From an uncultured Verrucomicrobiota bacterium (GTDB taxonomy: Bacteria > Verrucomicrobiota > Verrucomicrobiia > Limisphaerales > VHCN01), in NCBI GenBank assembly GCA_964589935.1, contig CAZPVD010000001.1, positions 352,818 through 416,817 of the forward strand: a DNA stretch of 64,000 nucleotides, read 5' to 3'. A program made the position numbers and the translations under genes. Shown here one piece after another: positions 1-8,569 of this stretch (its first letter is position 1; each line of letters starts with the position of its first letter). A model generated the notes under the pieces. That model did no database searches and was not told the DNA's origin. It saw only the letters and a list, made by a program, of their open reading frames with translations.

Positions 1-988
1 CGCAGATGAAGGCGCTGCCGGCGAAGTTCGCGCCGAGCGCCGTGCCGCGATATACGCACAGGCCGCACGCGCTTGTGAACGTCCCGGCGTGCGGATGACT
101 CATCAGCCCCGGCATGAAGCCCGCAGTCGTCGTGTCCGGGCTGATCGGGAAGACGCGGCCCTGCTCGCCGAAGCGCGCCGCCTCCTGCACCGTCTCGGTG
201 AAGGCGAGATACGGATTGCGCTTGAGATAGCGCGGCCACATCACGACATGCTGCATCGGATTGCGGTTCGAGCAGACGAACTTCCGCCCGAAGCCATCCA
301 TCGCCAGGCCAAACTGCCCCACGCCGGGCACGCTCTCGAAATCGCTCGCGTCCGGCTTGAAGCGCAGGTCGCCGCGCGCGTATTCGAGCACGGGATGCGA
401 CGGGTTCAACGGCGAGGAAACCTTCCCGCCGACCAGCCCTGCCGTGACGTAAATCCATCCGTCGAGGCCGAGCGTGGGATGGCTCGTGCGCAGTTGCGTC
501 GTCGAGTTCGTCGAGAAGCCCGTGAGCACGAGCTGCTTCACGTCGGCCACGCCGTCGCCCTTCGTGTCCTTCAGATAAAAAATATCCGGCGCGCAGGTGA
601 CGAACACGCCGCCCTTCCAGCACATCAGGCCGTTCGGGAAGCTCAGGCCCGTGGCGAACTCCGTGCGCTTGTCGTAGATGCCGTCGCCGTTCGTGTCCTC
701 CAGCAGCGCGATGACGCCGGACGGCGTCTTGCCCTCGCCCGGCCCGACGGGATAGCCGCGATTCTCCGCGACGTAGAGCCGCCCGCGCTCATCGAACGCG
801 ATGGCGCACGGACTCGCCACCAGCGGCTCGGCAGCCACCAGCTCGACGCGCAGGCCCGGCTCGATCTGGAAGTGCTTGAGCGATTGCTCGGGCGTGAGCG
901 GAGAAGTGACAGACGCCTTCTCAGCGGCGTCCGTGAACAACAAAAGGACACTGAATGAAATCGTAAAACAGACAACGCGTGGATTCAT
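1..988 (-). CDS. PVC-type putative membrane-bound dehydrogenase-domain protein, N-terminal part (gene continues beyond window start)
   Basis: Absent from the ORF track because it runs off the window edge. My minus-strand translation from the ATG (complement 986-988) reads MNPRVVCFTISFSVLLLFTDAAEKASV...FQIEPGLRVELVAAEPLVASPCAIAFDERGRLYVAENRGYPVGPGEGK...DTNGDGIYDKRTEF.... It has a signal peptide plus the N-terminal motif pattern I associate with the TIGR02604-like family (from memory). Confidence 0.7.
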   Translation of the reverse strand, partial: MNPRVVCFTISFSVLLLFTDAAEKASVTSPLTPEQSLKHFQIEPGLRVELVAAEPLVASPCAIAFDERGRLYVAENRGYPVGPGEGKTPSGVIALLEDTNGDGIYDKRTEFATGLSFPNGLMCWKGGVFVTCAPDIFYLKDTKGDGVADVKQLVLTGFSTNSTTQLRTSHPTLGLDGWIYVTAGLVGGKVSSPLNPSHPVLEYARGDLRFKPDASDFESVPGVGQFGLAMDGFGRKFVCSNRNPMQHVVMWPRYLKRNPYLAFTETVQEAARFGEQGRVFPISPDTTTAGFMPGLMSHPHAGTFTSACGLCVYRGTALGANFAGSAFIC

Positions 989-1021
989 GTGTGGAGTGGA
1001 TGTTTTGCCAGTAGCGATAAT

Positions 1022-1843
1022 TCAATTCACCTTCCGCTCCGGCTTGCCGGCGTGGCGCTTCGCCCGTTCGACTTCCTCGCCGCTGACCGGCAGCTTGGCG
1101 AGGCGTTCGTAGAGCGCAATGGCCTGGACGGGCTTCGAGCTGGTGAGCAACTCGTCCGCCCGCATGAGCACCTCGGATGCGCGCTCGACCCAGTCAAACT
1201 TCCTCATCGTCTCGCGGGCCTTTTGGATTTCCTCGTCGTTGAGCCAGATGCCGGTCGTGCCGGAGGCGAGGAGGTTCGTGACGTTCTGCCGGTGCGCGAG
1301 GCCGAAGGCGTGCCCCAGCTCATGCGAGCTGACGCGCGGCAGCGGCTCGTCAATGCCGCCCTCGACCGGCTTGAGCGACGCCGTGTCCTTCACGAAGATG
1401 CCCGTGCGCGAGAAGTAGATGCCGTTCGGACGGAGCTTCTTGGTGTAATAGAGGTTGAAGGCGTTCGTCGCGATGGTGTTCGTCGGGCGCAGACCAAGCA
1501 GCGTCGCGCGCTCGGCGGTCTTGAGCTTCTCCCAGAAGTCCTCCGTATTCTCCGCCGGCTCGAAGCGCAGCGACTCGACGTAAAAATGCACGCCCGCCTG
1601 CGCCCAGATTTGGTTCATCTTCGGCAGGATGCGCGCGATGTCGTTTGTCGTGAGCGTGGTGTGGACATCCGGCGCGTTCGTCGCCGTGAGCAGGTGGAAG
1701 CGCAGCGGGACGAGCAGAAAATCCGCGAAGGCGAATCCATTCGTCGCCGGCTGCTGCGCCGGGGCGGGCGTTCCAAATGAAAACAGGACGATGCAACAGG
1801 CGAGACGCAACGCGCCGGCAAAGGCTGCGGGAACGGGCTTCAT
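1022..1843 (-). CDS. secreted zinc metalloprotease (metzincin-like)
   Basis: 273-aa ORF with an ATG start. Signal peptide MKPVPAAFAGALRLACCIVLFSFGTPAPAQQ and zinc site HELGHAFGLAH (HExxHxxGxxH). Confidence 0.75.
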   Translation of the reverse strand: MKPVPAAFAGALRLACCIVLFSFGTPAPAQQPATNGFAFADFLLVPLRFHLLTATNAPDVHTTLTTNDIARILPKMNQIWAQAGVHFYVESLRFEPAENTEDFWEKLKTAERATLLGLRPTNTIATNAFNLYYTKKLRPNGIYFSRTGIFVKDTASLKPVEGGIDEPLPRVSSHELGHAFGLAHRQNVTNLLASGTTGIWLNDEEIQKARETMRKFDWVERASEVLMRADELLTSSKPVQAIALYERLAKLPVSGEEVERAKRHAGKPERKVN

Positions 1844-1858
1844 CGCCGCGCAGTCTGC

Positions 1859-2548
1859 TCACTTCCGCGTTCCGATGCCATACAGAAAATGCGCGCCGCT
1901 CGCGCGCATGTCCGTCGCGAAGCCGTGCCGCGCAAGCCTCGCCGCGAACGCGGCCGGCTCGTGATACACCTTCACCACGCGGAACTCGCGCCCGTCATTG
2001 AGCCGGCGCACGCGCACGCCCGTCTCGACCGCGGGCCGGTCATGGTTCTTCGCCATCGAAGTGCTTTCGTTGAGCGAGTCCACGATGAAAAGTTTCCCGC
2101 CGGGCCGCGTGGCGCGGCGAACCTTGTCGAGAAAGGTGTCGAGCTTCTCGACGGGCACGTGCGAAAGCCAGAAACAGCACGCGACCAGGTCGAACTCGCG
2201 CTCCGGCTCCCACGCGAACAAATCCGCCTGCACGTAATGCACGCGCGGCGAGTTGAGTTTCGCGCGGTTGATCTCGATGACCTCCGGCGAACCGTCCACG
2301 GCCGTGATGTCGTCGCAGATGGCAAGCAACTGCTCCGTCCAAAGTCCCGTGCCGCAGGCCAGCTCCAGCGCGGTGTTGAAATGTCCCGCAGCGCGCAGCT
2401 CGCGCCGCACCAGCTCGACCTCGTTGAACCAAAGCTGGTTCAGCTCCGCGCCCCAGTCATAGCGACCGCGGCGGTAAAACCAGTCGTCATACTCCCCTGC
2501 CCTCGCGCGGTAATACGCGAGCTGCTCGTTCAACAAATCATCGGCCAT
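1859..2548 (-). CDS. class I SAM-dependent methyltransferase
   Basis: 229-aa ORF with motif I LELACGTGLWT and the size and layout typical of small-molecule methyltransferases. Confidence 0.8.
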   Translation of the reverse strand: MADDLLNEQLAYYRARAGEYDDWFYRRGRYDWGAELNQLWFNEVELVRRELRAAGHFNTALELACGTGLWTEQLLAICDDITAVDGSPEVIEINRAKLNSPRVHYVQADLFAWEPEREFDLVACCFWLSHVPVEKLDTFLDKVRRATRPGGKLFIVDSLNESTSMAKNHDRPAVETGVRVRRLNDGREFRVVKVYHEPAAFAARLARHGFATDMRASGAHFLYGIGTRK

Positions 2549-2575
2549 CGTGTTTGAAATTCCATTGCGCGCCGT

Positions 2576-3976
2576 TCACTGCGCGGACTTGAGTTCCTTG
2601 AGCAACTTCACGGCGGCGTCCACGAGCATCTCGCCGGAGCCTTCGGCGCAGCGCGCGCTGATCGGCTCATAGTTGCCCTCGGCAAAACCTTTCTTCGTCG
2701 GGATGTAGCCAATCGCGCCGTTCGCCAGCTCGGCGATGATGGTGTGCTTGAAGGGCGACGCCTTTTTGATCGCCATGCCCAGCTCGACAAAAATCTCCCC
2801 CGGCAGCGCCACGAACGCGAGTTCATTGCCCAGCGCGATGACCTGCACCTCGGCGTCCTGCGGCTTGCCGTCGCGCGCATTCACGTCGAGCACCTTGAAG
2901 GCCCACACCTTCTCCAGAAACTTCGGGTCCTCCTTCGTGCCCATGCGCTTGGCGATGGCGGCGGCCTTCTCGACATCGAGCGTGCTCACGCTGGGCAGCG
3001 GCAGCTTCACAATCTCGCTGCGCGCGCGCGGCACGGAAGTCATCACGGGCTGGAGCCGCCAGTAAGTCTTGAGCACCTCGGCGGCAAGGATGGTGCCGAT
3101 GCGCGCGGCCTCGCCGTGGCCTTTCTGCGGCAGCTTCGTGCTGGTGTTGACGTGGTTGATGTCGCCACAGCAGCCGGTGGTGAACACCGTCAGCATGTCC
3201 GGTCCCTTCACCTTCGCGAGCAGCGTCGCGAGCGTGAACGGATAATCCGCCGAAACCTCCAGCCCGCCGACCGTGTCGAGGTGCATCGCGAAGTTCACAT
3301 ACGTCGCCAGCGGCTTGCCATCGGGCGACTCGGCGAAGAGCACGGGCACCTCCGGGTCAATCGGCCCGGCGGGCTTCACGATGTTCGGATTCAGCTTGCC
3401 GGGATTCCACCCCACGGTGCCGTCCTTCATGTGGAAGCGGCGGTTGAAGCTCAAATTCTCCTCGTGGCCCGTGCCGGCGGAGAGCTTCGCGGGCGCGAGG
3501 CGCGCGTCGGCCTGCTTCACGCTCTCGGCGATGCGCGCGGGAAGTTCGGCGAGGAACTTCACCGCGATGTCCTTGTCGCCGCCGAGCGCGGCATTGCGCG
3601 CCGAGCCGCCGCTCAGGAGCGGGCCGGTGTGGGAATGCGTCGCGGAAATCATCACCGCCTCGCCGCGAATGCCGGTGTCGCGCTCGATGAGCCGGCGCGC
3701 CTCCTCGACGAACGCGCGGCTCGTCGAAATTAAATCCAGGGCCACGAGCGCGGCCCGCGCGCCGTCCTGCTCGAACACGAGCGCCTTGGCATACAGCTCG
3801 TCGTGAACGCCCTCGCTGTAACGCGCGGAATAATAACCCGCCATCGGCACGCCCTGCGGCGGCGTGATGGGCACCGCCGCCGCGCCCACGCGCAACTCGC
3901 CCGCGCCAAGCGGCGCAGTGAACAATGAAACAACAACCGGCGCGGCAAGGAGCAGCAGACGGGACAGGTGATTCAT
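2576..3976 (-). CDS. neutral/alkaline ceramidase-like hydrolase (N-terminal domain family), secreted
   Basis: 466-aa ORF with a signal peptide. The block VGAAAVPITPPQGVPMAGYY...GVHDELYAKALVFE...MISATHSHTGP matches the neutral ceramidase N-terminal domain pattern. Confidence 0.7.
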   Translation of the reverse strand: MNHLSRLLLLAAPVVVSLFTAPLGAGELRVGAAAVPITPPQGVPMAGYYSARYSEGVHDELYAKALVFEQDGARAALVALDLISTSRAFVEEARRLIERDTGIRGEAVMISATHSHTGPLLSGGSARNAALGGDKDIAVKFLAELPARIAESVKQADARLAPAKLSAGTGHEENLSFNRRFHMKDGTVGWNPGKLNPNIVKPAGPIDPEVPVLFAESPDGKPLATYVNFAMHLDTVGGLEVSADYPFTLATLLAKVKGPDMLTVFTTGCCGDINHVNTSTKLPQKGHGEAARIGTILAAEVLKTYWRLQPVMTSVPRARSEIVKLPLPSVSTLDVEKAAAIAKRMGTKEDPKFLEKVWAFKVLDVNARDGKPQDAEVQVIALGNELAFVALPGEIFVELGMAIKKASPFKHTIIAELANGAIGYIPTKKGFAEGNYEPISARCAEGSGEMLVDAAVKLLKELKSAQ

Positions 3977-4080
3977 GCGCGCAGTTTGATGACTCTGGCA
4001 AAAGGATGCGACACTGAAAATGGCCGGCGGGTGCCGGCTCGCTTCCCGGGCGGCGATGGCATCGGGTAATCCGATAGACC

Positions 4081-4332
4081 TGACGCGCCGCCCGTGAGGC
4101 TTGACGAGCCGGGCGTCAAGGTTGACGAATCACCCGTGAAGGTTGACGGGCCGGGGGTCACGCTTCACGAACCATCCGTCAGACCTGACGCGTCGTTCGT
4201 GAGGGCTGACGGGCCATCCGTGAGGATTGACGAGCCGTCCGTCAGGGGTGACGAGCCATCCGTCAGGGTTAACGAGCCGCCCGTCAAGGCTGACGAGTCG
4301 TCCGTTGGCGTCCACGAGTCATCCGTTAAGCC
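4081..4332. repeat. 12 head-to-tail copies of a 21-bp unit (consensus TGACGAGCCNTCCGTCAGGGT), each containing the dyad TGACG-N7-CGTCA
   Basis: Hand-parsed units start at 4081, 4102, 4123, 4144, 4165, 4186, 4207, 4228, 4249, 4270, 4291 and 4312 with no indels. Units 8 and 9 are closest to the consensus. The array lies in the 597-bp divergent intergenic region between 3976 and 4574. Confidence 0.9.
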
Positions 4333-4398
4333 TCAAAAGGGGCAGATTTTGCCTCTTTTGGCAGTTTTGAGCCTTCACCTGCGGGTTTTGGGTCATTC

Positions 4399-4413
4399 TG
4401 GCACACCTTTGGC
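4399..4413 (+). promoter_or_regulatory. candidate sigma-54 (-24/-12) promoter
   Basis: TGGCACACCTTTGGC matches TGGCAC-N5-TTGC with correct GG-N10-GC spacing and one mismatch (TGGC for TTGC). It lies 161 bp upstream of the ATG at 4574 and 67 bp downstream of the repeat array. Confidence 0.3.
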
Positions 4414-4573
4414 CCTTGATTCTGTTCGGGTGCCTGCCGCCCCTCAAGGGACTCGTTCTCCTCCGGGGCCGGTTGAGCCTCCGCTGAAGCGCAGGGTTGT
4501 TGCCGGGGGCAAAGAGATGGCTGGCGTCCTTTGCAGTTGAATTCAGCGGGGAAGTTTCTGTCTAATCGCCGCC

Positions 4574-5890
4574 ATGCCAAACCGAACGTTGCTAAGTTTG
4601 CTTCTTCTCGCTGCCCTTGCCCTGCCGCTTCGCGCGGCGTCCAACTGGCCGCAGTTCCGCGGGCCGGATGGCGACGGGCATTCGGATGCCACGGGCCTGC
4701 CGCTCAAGTGGAGCGAGTCGGAGAACGTGAAGTGGAAGACGCCCATCCACGGCAAGGCGTGGTCCTCGCCCGTCATCTGGGGCGACCAAATCTGGCTCGC
4801 GACGGCCACGGAGGACGGCAAGGAGTTGTCCATCGTGCGCGTGGACAAGAGCACCGGCAAGGTCACGCTCGACGAGAAGCTGTTTGATGTTGCGAACCCG
4901 CAGTTCTGCCACAAGTTCAACTCCTACGCGTCCTGCACGCCGGTGATCGAGGAGGGGCGCGTGTATGTGACGTTCGGCTCGCCCGGCACGGCGTGCCTCG
5001 ACACGAAGTCGGGCAAGGTGCTGTGGGAGCGGCGGGATTTCGTGTGCAACCATTTCCGCGGGGCGGGTTCGTCGCCGATCCTTTACGGCAACCTGGTCAT
5101 CATGAATTTCGACGGGAGCGATTTTCAGTTCATCGTCGCGCTCGACAAGAAGACCGGCAAGACCGTGTGGAGGGTGGAGCGTTCGGTGGATTACCGCGAC
5201 TTGAAGAATGGCAAGCCCGAGGCGGACGGCGACTGGCGCAAGTCCTACGCCACGCCGCACGTGGCGACCATCGCGGGCAAGCCGGTGCTCCTGAGCAGCG
5301 CGGCGAAGGCCCACTATGCTTACGAGCCGCTCACGGGCAAGGAACTCTGGCGCGTCGAGGAGCGCGGGCAGCATTCGTGCGCGTCGCGGCCATTGCTCGG
5401 GCACGGGATGATTTTCTTCACGACCGGTTTCTCGCAGGGGCAGCTTTTCGCGGTGAAGCCGCCGGAGCCGTCCGCGTGGGGCAGCGGTTGCGTGGTGGAC
5501 GCGCAGTTGCCGGAGGATAATTCCGCGAGCAAGCCGCAGGTCGTCTGGCGCGTGAAGAAGGCCGTCGCGAACAAACCCTCGCCGCTGCTCATCGGCGACC
5601 TGCTCTACATGATCAATGACGCGGGCGTCGCGACGTGCGTCGAGGCCAAGACGGGCAACGTGGTCTGGACGGAGCGTGTCGGCGGGAACTTCTCCGCGTC
5701 GCCGATCTTCGCGGACGGGCGCATTTATTTTTTCAACGAGGAAGGCAAGGCCACGGCCATCGCGCCGGGCCGCGAATTCAAGGTGCTGGCGGAAAGCAAA
5801 CTCGACGACGGCTTCATGGCATCGCCCGCGGTCAGCGGCAAGGCTCTGTTCCTGCGCACGAAGACCGCGCTCTACCGCATCGAGCAGTAG
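4574..5890 (+). CDS. PQQ-like beta-propeller repeat protein, secreted
   Basis: 438-aa ORF with signal peptide MPNRTLLSLLLLAALALPLRAAS followed by NWPQFRGPDGDG. Repeated W/G-rich propeller blades typical of the PQQ-like (BamB-like) repeat family. Confidence 0.8.
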   Translation: MPNRTLLSLLLLAALALPLRAASNWPQFRGPDGDGHSDATGLPLKWSESENVKWKTPIHGKAWSSPVIWGDQIWLATATEDGKELSIVRVDKSTGKVTLDEKLFDVANPQFCHKFNSYASCTPVIEEGRVYVTFGSPGTACLDTKSGKVLWERRDFVCNHFRGAGSSPILYGNLVIMNFDGSDFQFIVALDKKTGKTVWRVERSVDYRDLKNGKPEADGDWRKSYATPHVATIAGKPVLLSSAAKAHYAYEPLTGKELWRVEERGQHSCASRPLLGHGMIFFTTGFSQGQLFAVKPPEPSAWGSGCVVDAQLPEDNSASKPQVVWRVKKAVANKPSPLLIGDLLYMINDAGVATCVEAKTGNVVWTERVGGNFSASPIFADGRIYFFNEEGKATAIAPGREFKVLAESKLDDGFMASPAVSGKALFLRTKTALYRIEQ

Positions 5891-5899
5891 GCGGCGCGC

Positions 5900-7243
5900 T
5901 CAAGGCACGGGCGAAACCGAGACGGCCTTAAGCAAAGTCTGAGGGGCGTTGGTGGTGCGAATAATGACTTGCGCCCAGACGAACTTATCCGAGCCGGTGA
6001 AGGGCAACTCAGTTTGTCCGGGCTTGAGCGGTTCGGAGTTCACGACAGGCAAGCCATACTGCGTGCTTTGACGCCAGCGGACAATTACGTCGCCCGTCCC
6101 ACCGGCCTGCCAGTTCAGAAGGAGTTTGTAGCTCTTACCCTTTTCGAGCGGGAGCAGTTCGCCTTCCCAGCCTTCCTTCGTGCGATACCAGCAGTCGGGA
6201 GCCACAGGCGAAATCCACCTTTGCTCGAAGCATGGATTTCGCACCATGTTTTGTTCACGCCCGTCAAATTCAGGCACATTCTCATCATGGAAGGAAATCC
6301 GACCATCTTGATCAACTCGGACTTTCATTTTCATGCTCTGAAATCCGTCACGAAATGCGACGAATTCAAATTCTCCGCGCGGCAGGTTTCCAAAACAGAG
6401 CGTGCCATTGGTATCACATAACGTGGCGAATTGTGTGTTGAGCATGAGCGCCCGAATGGGCAGGCGTTTGTTTCCTTCCGGCCAGATTGAGAAGGTCGAG
6501 TAATGCTTCGCTATATCCTGATTCGGAGAGGAAGTAATTCTCCCTAACGTGTGCAGTAAATCCGCCACCACCCGGCTCGTCTCCAGCGCACTTTCGAGCA
6601 CGATGGGTTCCACCTCGGCGCGGTTGCTGGCGAGCACGAGCGGACGGCAGCGTTCGCCGCGCTCCTTCGAGAAGACAATGAGTCCGTCCATGCGCTTGAG
6701 GAAGCCCGCGAGCGCTTCGTCCTCTGTTCTGCCGAGCAATTGCGGCCGGTAGTTGCCGAGCTTGATGAGTTTCGCGTCCACCCAGTTCTCCATCTTGCTA
6801 TGCACGTCGCCGCGAATCTCCGCGGCGTGCGGCGGCGAGCCGGTGTCCTCCACGAAGTGCAGCAGCGAGCCGATCCAGCGCGCGGCGTTCGCGTCGTTCT
6901 CGGTGCGCAGTGCCTGCATGGCACGGCGGAAGTAGGGCGTGTAAGCCAGCTTCACCTCGGGGCAGAGATGGTCGAGATGCCGCTCCATGCCGGGAAACAG
7001 CAGGTAATCATCCGCGTAGAACCACTCGCCGTCGCGGTCGAACGGCACACGGCGATAGTCCGCCATCCAGCAGTAGTGCGTGAGCTTCTTCGCGAACGGG
7101 CCGAGATGCTTGACGAGTGCGTCCTCCGGGCCGAGTGCGTCGAGCGCGGCCTGGGTGATTTCAGAATGCGGCCCCCACCCGAACGCCCGCGTCGAGGCGA
7201 GCGCGAGCAGCAAGCAAACGAAGAGGGCCGCGAAAGTTCTCAT
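5900..7243 (-). CDS. secreted zinc phospholipase C / S1-P1 nuclease-fold protein with C-terminal beta-sandwich-like domain
   Basis: 447-aa ORF. A signal peptide is followed by a mature N-terminus WGPHSEIT. LLHFVEDTGSPPHA and further His/Asp ligand candidates resemble the Zn-dependent PLC/P1 nuclease superfamily. The C-terminal ~200 aa are encoded by lower-GC DNA. Confidence 0.5.
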   Translation of the reverse strand: MRTFAALFVCLLLALASTRAFGWGPHSEITQAALDALGPEDALVKHLGPFAKKLTHYCWMADYRRVPFDRDGEWFYADDYLLFPGMERHLDHLCPEVKLAYTPYFRRAMQALRTENDANAARWIGSLLHFVEDTGSPPHAAEIRGDVHSKMENWVDAKLIKLGNYRPQLLGRTEDEALAGFLKRMDGLIVFSKERGERCRPLVLASNRAEVEPIVLESALETSRVVADLLHTLGRITSSPNQDIAKHYSTFSIWPEGNKRLPIRALMLNTQFATLCDTNGTLCFGNLPRGEFEFVAFRDGFQSMKMKVRVDQDGRISFHDENVPEFDGREQNMVRNPCFEQRWISPVAPDCWYRTKEGWEGELLPLEKGKSYKLLLNWQAGGTGDVIVRWRQSTQYGLPVVNSEPLKPGQTELPFTGSDKFVWAQVIIRTTNAPQTLLKAVSVSPVP

Positions 7244-7348
7244 GGAGTTCGGCGTTCAAGATGAATTGCCCCGGAACGCGCGACAACAATTTTCTCCCGC
7301 ATTGAACGAAGTCTTGTGGCCTTCGCCGCGTCTGTTCATCATTCAACC

Positions 7349-8563
7349 ATGAAGCCCGAACCTGTCCTGAACCGCCGCCGTGCTTTGCTTTCCACCGTTG
7401 CGCTGGGCGGCGTTGCCGCGCTCCAGCACGAGTTGTCCAACGCCGCGGACAATCCCGCCGCGAACGTCGCCGACCGCGCCTCCGATATCAAGATCACCGG
7501 CCTCAACGCCGTGCCCGTCGGCGGCTCGATCTTCCTCAAGATCACCACGAACAAGGGCGTTTACGGCTGGGGCGAGACGGCGGGCATTGACGGCAAGGTC
7601 GGCGTCGCGCTGCTCAAGTCGCTCTACGAACTGCTCGACGGCGAGAACCCCACGCGCATCGAGCATCTCTGGCAAAAACTTTACCGCGCACACCGCGACA
7701 TTCGCGGCGGGCCGTTCATGGTGCACACCATTTCCGCGATTGACGTCGCGCTGTGGGACATCGCCGGCAAGCTCTACGGCGTGCCCGTCTATCGCCTGCT
7801 CGGCGGCCAGACGCGCGACAAGATTCGCATCTACTCCACGCCCAAGGCGCAGAAAGTTCCGCCGCACGGCATCTACGAGCACAGCGGCACGCCGCCCGAC
7901 ATCGAGCGCATGGTCAACGCCGTCGCTGAGGCGCGCAAACGCGTCGGGCCTGATGGCACGGTGATGTTCGACGCGCATTGCGCCGTGCCGCCCGCGACGC
8001 TGATTCAATTCGCCAACGCGGTGAAGCCCTACGAACTGCTGTGGATTGAGGAGCCCGCCGTGCCCGGCAACATCGAAGTCTTCAAGCGCATCAAGGCCGC
8101 CGTGAACGTCCCGCTCGCGGCGGGCGAACGCGACCGCACCATCTGGGAGTTCATCCCGTATTTGCAGGAACGCTGCCTCGACATTTTACAGCCGGACGTG
8201 ACGCATTCCGGTGGCATCTCGCAGCTCAAGAAAATCGCCGCGATGGCCGAGGCGTATCACGTGCCGCTCGCGCCGCACAACACGAACTCGCTGCTCGGCC
8301 TCGCCGCGAGCCTGCACCTCGTCGCCTCCATCCCGCTCTTCCTCATCCACGAGGCCTACGGCTTCAACCCGAAGAACAAGGCGGGCCGCGGTATCATCAA
8401 GGCGACGTGGGAAGTGGACAAGGACGGCTACGTGGCGCTGCCGCCCGGCCCCGGCCTCGGCATGGAACCGGATGACGAAGTGCTCGCGGAACTCTCCCGC
8501 GACACGACCTTCAAGTGGCCCGTCTATGGCCGGCTCAAGGACGGGAGCATCGCGGATTATTGA
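7349..8563 (+). CDS. enolase-superfamily dehydratase (mandelate racemase/muconate lactonizing family, galactonate/mannonate dehydratase-like) with Tat-type signal
   Basis: The ORF track starts at 7316; I prefer the ATG at 7349 (MKPEPVLNRRRALLSTVALGGVAALQ). Motifs: ITGL...KGVYGWGE, FDAHCAV, LLWIEEP, LAAGERD, ILQPDVTHSGGIS, HVPLAPHN. Confidence 0.85.
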   Translation: MKPEPVLNRRRALLSTVALGGVAALQHELSNAADNPAANVADRASDIKITGLNAVPVGGSIFLKITTNKGVYGWGETAGIDGKVGVALLKSLYELLDGENPTRIEHLWQKLYRAHRDIRGGPFMVHTISAIDVALWDIAGKLYGVPVYRLLGGQTRDKIRIYSTPKAQKVPPHGIYEHSGTPPDIERMVNAVAEARKRVGPDGTVMFDAHCAVPPATLIQFANAVKPYELLWIEEPAVPGNIEVFKRIKAAVNVPLAAGERDRTIWEFIPYLQERCLDILQPDVTHSGGISQLKKIAAMAEAYHVPLAPHNTNSLLGLAASLHLVASIPLFLIHEAYGFNPKNKAGRGIIKATWEVDKDGYVALPPGPGLGMEPDDEVLAELSRDTTFKWPVYGRLKDGSIADY

Positions 8564-8569
8564 GACTAG

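Noticed and set aside
89-958. 289-aa plus-strand ORF and other ORFs overlapping 1-988
   Set aside because: The minus strand encodes a clearly recognisable signal-peptide protein of a PVC dehydrogenase-domain family. The plus-strand ORF is an R/A-rich mirror artefact.
4081-4332. Possible CRISPR array
   Set aside because: The units abut directly with no spacers, the period is 21 bp rather than ~60-70 bp, and no cas genes are nearby.
4094-4540. 148-aa plus-strand ORF (and the 61-aa minus-strand ORF 4130-4315) encoding heptad peptide repeats such as DEPSVRV / DGRLVNP
   Set aside because: Both strands stay open only because the underlying 21-bp unit is palindromic and a multiple of 3. There is no RBS and no signal or domain, and the non-repeat tail has non-coding texture. 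I treat it as a DNA-level repeat, though translation is not formally excluded.
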